A stretch of DNA of 64,000 nt, from positions 6,258 through 70,257 of the forward strand of contig CACIOK010000002.1 of assembly GCA_902588255.1 (NCBI GenBank), written 5' to 3'. This document shows, piece after piece, positions 58,826 through 64,000 of this stretch. The translations under genes were made by a program, and so were the position numbers. This DNA is from an uncultured Pelagibacteraceae bacterium (GTDB lineage: Bacteria > Pseudomonadota > Alphaproteobacteria > Pelagibacterales > Pelagibacteraceae). Every line of letters begins with the position of its first letter. Within the stretch, counting starts at the first letter, position 1. The notes beneath the pieces were generated by a model. That model saw only the letters and a list, made by a program, of their open reading frames with translations. It was not told where the DNA came from and ran no database searches.

Positions 58826-59629
58826 TTATAAAACATCTTCGGGCTCTTGATCGTTCAGATTGCTTTCATTTTTAAGATCTTTTTTTAATTTTAAAAAGTG
58901 AATTCCACTCGCAGGGATCAGAAAAAGATAAAATACACAGCCAATAATAAGTGCTTTAAATGGAAAAATTAATAATAAACCAAACAAAAGAACGATACTG
59001 AAAAGTAAAAATATAGTTGTGCTTCTTGGTACAACAATCTTCTTAAACGAATACGTTGGCATCTTACTAATTAATAATATTGAAATAATTATAAATATAA
59101 TTGGAGTGATCAATTGATAATTTAAATTAAATACATCAAAACCACTTGATTCGTAAATCAACGGACTTAAAACTAAAATGCCCCCAGCTGGTGATGGAAC
59201 CCCTTCAAAAAAATTATCCTTCCAAGAAGACTCTCCACCAGTATTAATATTAAATCTAGCTAGTCTTAAAGCTACACAAACTACATAAATTAGTGATATT
59301 AACCACCCTACTTTTCCAAGAGAATTTAACTGCCAAAAATACATTATAAATGCTGGAGCAACACCAAAGCTAATTACATCCGTTAAAGAATCTAATTCTT
59401 TTCCAACTCTTGACGTACCTTTTATTAATCTAGCAATCCTTCCATCTAATCCATCAATTATTGCTGCTAGTAAAATTGCAATTATAGATAATTTGTAATT
59501 TCCATTTAATGCAAAATTAATTGAAGTTAAACCAATACAAACTCCAATAAGCGTTAATGTGTTAGGTAGTATAACTCTAGCCTTGGTTTCAGCTACTATC
59601 TTAAAATTCTTTTTTGGTTCATTCATCAT
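58826..59629 (-). CDS. pssA: CDP-diacylglycerol--serine O-phosphatidyltransferase
   Basis: LPNTLT, DGLDGRIAR..G.ELDSL.D..SFGVAPA, LRLARFN, FEGVPSP; directly after psd. Confidence 0.92.
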   Translation of the reverse strand: MMNEPKKNFKIVAETKARVILPNTLTLIGVCIGLTSINFALNGNYKLSIIAILLAAIIDGLDGRIARLIKGTSRVGKELDSLTDVISFGVAPAFIMYFWQLNSLGKVGWLISLIYVVCVALRLARFNINTGGESSWKDNFFEGVPSPAGGILVLSPLIYESSGFDVFNLNYQLITPIIFIIISILLISKMPTYSFKKIVVPRSTTIFLLFSIVLLFGLLLIFPFKALIIGCVFYLFLIPASGIHFLKLKKDLKNESNLNDQEPEDVL

Positions 59630-59630
59630 T

Positions 59631-60278
59631 TTATTTCTTTGCTAAAAGTGTTTCTCCTGCAATAGTTTTTTGGTTAACTTTAACAAGTGGATTGTAGTTC
59701 TCAAAATAAATATCCGCTCTACTTCCAAATCTAATCATCCCAATTCTATCACCTTGATTTAATTCATTGTTTTCATTTACTTCACAAACTATTCTTCTTG
59801 CTATAAGCCCTGCTATCTGGACAACAATTATATCTTCTCCACTAGAATTGGAAATTTTATAATAATTTCTTTCATTATCTTCACTGGCCTTATCTAAAGA
59901 TGCATTTAAAAATTTTCCTGATTTATATAAAATTTCAGTAACTTTTCCTGAACAAGGTGTCCTATTAACATGGCAATCAAAAACATTCATAAAAATACTT
60001 ACCTTTTTAAATTTCTTATTTTCAAGATTAAGTTCTTTTGGTCCATTTGTATCTTCCACTTGTAAAACAAGTCCATCAGCTGGACTGACAAGATAATTGT
60101 CATCATTAATTGAAACTCTATCTGGATCTCTAAAGAAATAGTAAACCCATATTGTCAGAACCAAACCTATTAAACCCAAAAAATCAGTTATAAAATACAA
60201 AACTACGGTTGCAAAACCGAATATAACTAAAAACTTATACCCTTCGGCATGGATCTTTGGAAAAACTTTATCTATCAT
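59631..60278 (-). CDS. psd: Phosphatidylserine decarboxylase proenzyme
   Basis: FFRDP, SPADG, IFM..FD.HVNR.P, QIAGLIARRI, cleavage site FGS. Confidence 0.95.
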   Translation of the reverse strand: MIDKVFPKIHAEGYKFLVIFGFATVVLYFITDFLGLIGLVLTIWVYYFFRDPDRVSINDDNYLVSPADGLVLQVEDTNGPKELNLENKKFKKVSIFMNVFDCHVNRTPCSGKVTEILYKSGKFLNASLDKASEDNERNYYKISNSSGEDIIVVQIAGLIARRIVCEVNENNELNQGDRIGMIRFGSRADIYFENYNPLVKVNQKTIAGETLLAKK

Positions 60279-60353
60279 AATCCTTAATTTGATAATTTTT
60301 GTTTAATATGTATATAAAATGCTTAAATTCAATTAGTAAGATAACAACTAAAT

Positions 60354-61568
60354 ATGAGCAAAATTAAGGTAAAAAATCCAATAGTTGAGCTAGATGGCGA
60401 TGAAATGACCAGAGTGATTTGGAATTTCATTAAAAATAAACTTATTCTTCCATATTTAGATTTAAAAATCGAGTATTATGATCTTGGCATTAAAAGTAGG
60501 GACAATACATCTGATCAAATAACAATTGAGTGTGCAAAAGCAATCAAAAATAATGGGGTTGGAATTAAGTGTGCAACAATTACTCCTGATGAAAAGAGAG
60601 TTAAAGAATTCAATTTAAAAAAAATGTGGAGATCGCCAAATGGGACTATAAGAAATATTATTGGAGGAACAGTTTTTAGAGAACCGATCATTTGTAAAAA
60701 TATTCCAAAACTAGTTCCTTCATGGACTGACCCTTTAATTATAGGACGACATGCATTTGGTGATCAATATAGAGCTACAGATTTTCAAGTCCCTGGAAAA
60801 GGTAAATTAGAAATAAAATGGACATCAGAAGATGGAAAAGATGAAAAAAAATATGAAGTGTTTAATTTTCCTGGACCAGGAATAGCTTTATCAATGTATA
60901 ATCTTGATAAATCTATAGAAGACTTTGCACGTTCTTGTTTTAATTATGGATTAATAAAAAATTGGCCTGTTTATTTATCAACAAAAAATACAATACTAAA
61001 AACTTATGATGGTAGATTTAAAGATATATTTCAGAATGTTTTTGAAAGTGAATTTAAATCAAAATTTATAGAAAAGAACATTACCTACGAACATAGATTA
61101 ATCGATGATATGGTAGCTTGTGCAATGAAGTGGAGTGGAAAATATATTTGGGCGTGCAAAAATTATGATGGCGATGTTCAATCTGATACTGTTGCACAAG
61201 GTTACGGCTCTTTAGGTTTAATGACTAGTGTATTACTTGCACCAGACGGAAAAACAATGGAGGCAGAAGCAGCTCATGGAACAGTTACAAGACATTTTAG
61301 AATGCATCAAGAAGGTAAAGAAACTTCTACAAATCCAATCGCATCTATTTTTGCTTGGACTAGAGGTTTAGCTCACAGAGGTGAATTAGATGGAAATAAT
61401 GAGTTAATTAAATTTTCTAGCACACTAGAAAAAATTTGTATTGATTGTGTTGAAAGTGGCTCAATGACAAAAGATTTAGCCATACTTATAGATTCATCAA
61501 CTAAATATTTAAATACAAATCAATTTCTAGACAAAATTGATGGCAGTCTAAAAAAGAAATTAAATTAA
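60354..61568 (+). CDS. icd: NADP-dependent isocitrate dehydrogenase
   Basis: [53 protein letters not shown]. Confidence 0.97.
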   Translation: MSKIKVKNPIVELDGDEMTRVIWNFIKNKLILPYLDLKIEYYDLGIKSRDNTSDQITIECAKAIKNNGVGIKCATITPDEKRVKEFNLKKMWRSPNGTIRNIIGGTVFREPIICKNIPKLVPSWTDPLIIGRHAFGDQYRATDFQVPGKGKLEIKWTSEDGKDEKKYEVFNFPGPGIALSMYNLDKSIEDFARSCFNYGLIKNWPVYLSTKNTILKTYDGRFKDIFQNVFESEFKSKFIEKNITYEHRLIDDMVACAMKWSGKYIWACKNYDGDVQSDTVAQGYGSLGLMTSVLLAPDGKTMEAEAAHGTVTRHFRMHQEGKETSTNPIASIFAWTRGLAHRGELDGNNELIKFSSTLEKICIDCVESGSMTKDLAILIDSSTKYLNTNQFLDKIDGSLKKKLN

Positions 61569-64000
61569 GGTTTTTAATTTAGTAAAAGCTTCCTCTATTT
61601 TGCTAGGATCAGATCCACCAGCTTGAGCAAAATCAGGTCTCCCTCCTCCTCCTTTGCCTCCTACAGTTTCCGATCCTATTTTTACAAATTTTACAGCATC
61701 ATATTTTTTAGTGAGTTTATCTGTAACTCCTACTGCAAGTCCAATTTTATCATCTTTAATCGCAAAAATAATTACTATTCCTTCTGTTATTTCTTTTTTT
61801 CCGTTATCTACTAATTTTCTTAAATCTTTAGAAGGAAGATCAGTTACTTTTTGTAATCTTACTTTAATACCATTTATCTCTTCATCTTTAATAATATTTT
61901 TTGACTTATCAGACAAAATATTTTTAATTGATAGTTGATCAAATTGTTTGTTTAAATCTTTGATTAAATCTTTCTGATTTTCATTTTCTAAATTTGGCTT
62001 TCCACCAAGTTTTATAATTTGTTCTGAAATATTTTTAATAATTTCTTCTTTTTTCTGTAAATATAGATCAGACAACTTTTCTTTTTTTGTTAAATATTCT
62101 TCTAATTGTTTATCTCTTAAAGCTTCTACTCTTCTAACTCCTGCGGCTATTGACGATTGACTTACAATCTTAAATTTTCCTATATCTCCAGTATTTCGAA
62201 CATGGGTTCCTCCGCATAGCTCTGTAGAAAAATATTTATTCTTTTCATCACCCATAGAAAGAACTCTTACTTCTTCACCATATTTTTCCCCAAATAGAGC
62301 TAAAGCACCATTATCAACTGCTTCTTTAGGTGTCATTAGTCTTGTTCTTACATCAGATTTAGTCTCAACCATTTTATTTACATAATTTTCGATTTTATTT
62401 ATCTCATCATTTGAAATTGGTTTCATATGGCTAAAATCAAACCTTAATCTATCTGGTGCAACTAAAGATCCTTTTTGAGTTACATGTGTTCCTAAAACTC
62501 TTCTAAGAGATTCATGTAGGAGATGTGTTGCTGAATGGTAGGCTCTAATATTTTCTCTCCTATTAATATCTATTTTCATTTCTATGTTATCATTTAAGTT
62601 TATAGAACCATTTTCAACTTTTCCATAATGAGCAAATAAATCTCCAAGTTTTTTCTTAACATCAGTTACTTTAAATTTAAATTCTCCAGAAATTATATGG
62701 CCAATATCACCAACCTGACCACCGGACTCGCCATAAAAAGGTGTTTGATTGACAATTATAATTGCTTCATCTCCATTGCTTAAACTTTTCACTTGTTTGT
62801 TATCTTTAATTAATGAAAGAATTACTCCTTCCGCTTGATCTGTTTCATAACCTAAAAATTCAGTTGGTTCTATTTTATCTTTTATTTCAAACCAAATTTC
62901 TTCAATCGAGCTATCACCTGAACCTTTCCAATTTTTTTTAGCAAGTTCCCTGCTCTCATTCATTAACTTTTTAAATTTTTTATGATCTACAGAAAGTGAT
63001 TTATTTTTTAAAATATCTTCAGTTAGATCCAAAGGAAAACCATAAGTGTCATAAAGTTTAAAAGCAACTTCTCCAGGTAAAACTTTATCAACCTTACTTA
63101 TTTCATCATTTAAAATTTTCATACCTCGTTCAAGTAGAACTAAAAACTTTTCCTCTTCTGTTTTTAATGTTTCTTTTACTAGTGACTCGGCTCTTTTAAG
63201 CTCTGGATAGTTAGCAGACATTTCATTCATTAAAGTTTTAAAAATATTAAAAAATATTGGTTGCTTTGAACCAAGCAAGTGAGAATGTCTCATGCCCCTT
63301 CGCATAATCCTTCTTAATACGTATCCACGTCCTTCATTGGATGGCAAAACACCTTCAGCAATTAGAAAAGAGCTTGCTCTTAAATGGTCTGCAATAACTC
63401 TAAAACTTGAGATATTTTTTTCATCTGGTTTTATTTTGACCGCATCTCCAATAGAATTTATTAATTTAATAAAATGATCTGTTTTATAATTATCATGAGT
63501 TCCCTGAAGTAAAGCTGTTATTCGTTCTAAGCCCATTCCTGTATCTACAGATGGTTTTGGTAAATTTATTCTTTTATCCTTTGAAACTTGTTCATATTGC
63601 ATAAATACTAAGTTCCAAATTTCTATATACCTATCTCCATCTTGATCTTTGCTTCCGGGCAATCCACCTTTCAAATGATCTCCATGATCAAAAAAAATTT
63701 CAGAACAAGGACCGCATGGACCAGTTTCTCCCATTGACCAAAAGTTATCTGATGTAGAAATTTTAATTATTCTATCTTCACCAAATCCTGTTACTTTTTT
63801 CCAAATATTAAAAGCTTCATCATCTTCGTTAAAAACTGTGAAATAAAGCCTGTTTTTATCTAAACCAAAATCTTTTGTTATTAAGTTCCATGCTAATTCA
63901 ATTGCTCTTTCTTTAAAGTAATCGCCAAAAGAAAAATTTCCAAGCATTTCAAAAAATGTATGGTGTCTAGGAGTGTAACCAACATTTTCTAGATCATTAT
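61560..64000 (-). CDS. alaS: Alanine--tRNA ligase (5' end outside window)
   Basis: Frame continues to the window edge ([27 protein letters not shown]); [45 protein letters not shown]. Confidence 0.97.
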   Translation of the reverse strand, partial: NDLENVGYTPRHHTFFEMLGNFSFGDYFKERAIELAWNLITKDFGLDKNRLYFTVFNEDDEAFNIWKKVTGFGEDRIIKISTSDNFWSMGETGPCGPCSEIFFDHGDHLKGGLPGSKDQDGDRYIEIWNLVFMQYEQVSKDKRINLPKPSVDTGMGLERITALLQGTHDNYKTDHFIKLINSIGDAVKIKPDEKNISSFRVIADHLRASSFLIAEGVLPSNEGRGYVLRRIMRRGMRHSHLLGSKQPIFFNIFKTLMNEMSANYPELKRAESLVKETLKTEEEKFLVLLERGMKILNDEISKVDKVLPGEVAFKLYDTYGFPLDLTEDILKNKSLSVDHKKFKKLMNESRELAKKNWKGSGDSSIEEIWFEIKDKIEPTEFLGYETDQAEGVILSLIKDNKQVKSLSNGDEAIIIVNQTPFYGESGGQVGDIGHIISGEFKFKVTDVKKKLGDLFAHYGKVENGSINLNDNIEMKIDINRRENIRAYHSATHLLHESLRRVLGTHVTQKGSLVAPDRLRFDFSHMKPISNDEINKIENYVNKMVETKSDVRTRLMTPKEAVDNGALALFGEKYGEEVRVLSMGDEKNKYFSTELCGGTHVRNTGDIGKFKIVSQSSIAAGVRRVEALRDKQLEEYLTKKEKLSDLYLQKKEEIIKNISEQIIKLGGKPNLENENQKDLIKDLNKQFDQLSIKNILSDKSKNIIKDEEINGIKVRLQKVTDLPSKDLRKLVDNGKKEITEGIVIIFAIKDDKIGLAVGVTDKLTKKYDAVKFVKIGSETVGGKGGGGRPDFAQAGGSDPSKIEEAFTKLKTLI

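Noticed and set aside
116-63477. Many short overlapping ORFs in the track (e.g. 3973-4302, 18744-19082, 20299-20769, 56724-57209, 61654-61938)
   Set aside because: They are antisense or alternate-frame shadows of well-supported genes with no recognisable motifs.
1-64000. Prophage, integrase, transposase, tRNA, rRNA or known riboswitch
   Set aside because: None recognised; intergenic gaps are mostly under about 155 nt and AT-rich, with no cloverleaf or aptamer consensus visible by eye. An Rfam/tRNAscan run would be needed to exclude them fully.

Overview
AT-rich, very densely packed alphaproteobacterial DNA whose gene content and compactness point to Pelagibacterales/SAR11 (inferred; no rRNA marker in the window). 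Bases 1-28 kb hold a methylated-amine/C1 region: tmm, the TMAO ABC transporter tmoXWV, tdm, a stand-alone FAD amine oxidoreductase, two different glutamine-synthetase-like gamma-glutamyl ligases, mgsABC/glxBCD and a divergent Amt channel. Embedded in it on the opposite strand is an intact mcl-mtkA-mtkB-ppc block, the glyoxylate-producing half of the serine cycle. That is unexpected for a lineage described as oxidising but not assimilating C1 units and as glycine-requiring. No dimethylamine monooxygenase is present, so the second GS-like ligase and the FAD oxidoreductase are candidates for an undescribed dimethylamine step. The rest of the window has acnA, argE, an agmatinase/aldehyde dehydrogenase run, tspO, a cluster resembling furan-fatty-acid genes (ufaD-ufaO-ufaM/cfa-DUF3833-SDR), pxpABC with a TRAP transporter, and housekeeping genes (panB, guaA, guaB, rlmE, pssA, psd, icd, alaS). 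I saw no rRNA, tRNA, CRISPR array, integrase or transposase. Many genes show a TANNNT-N6/7-ATG layout suggesting leaderless transcripts. All family calls come from motif recognition by eye, not database searches.
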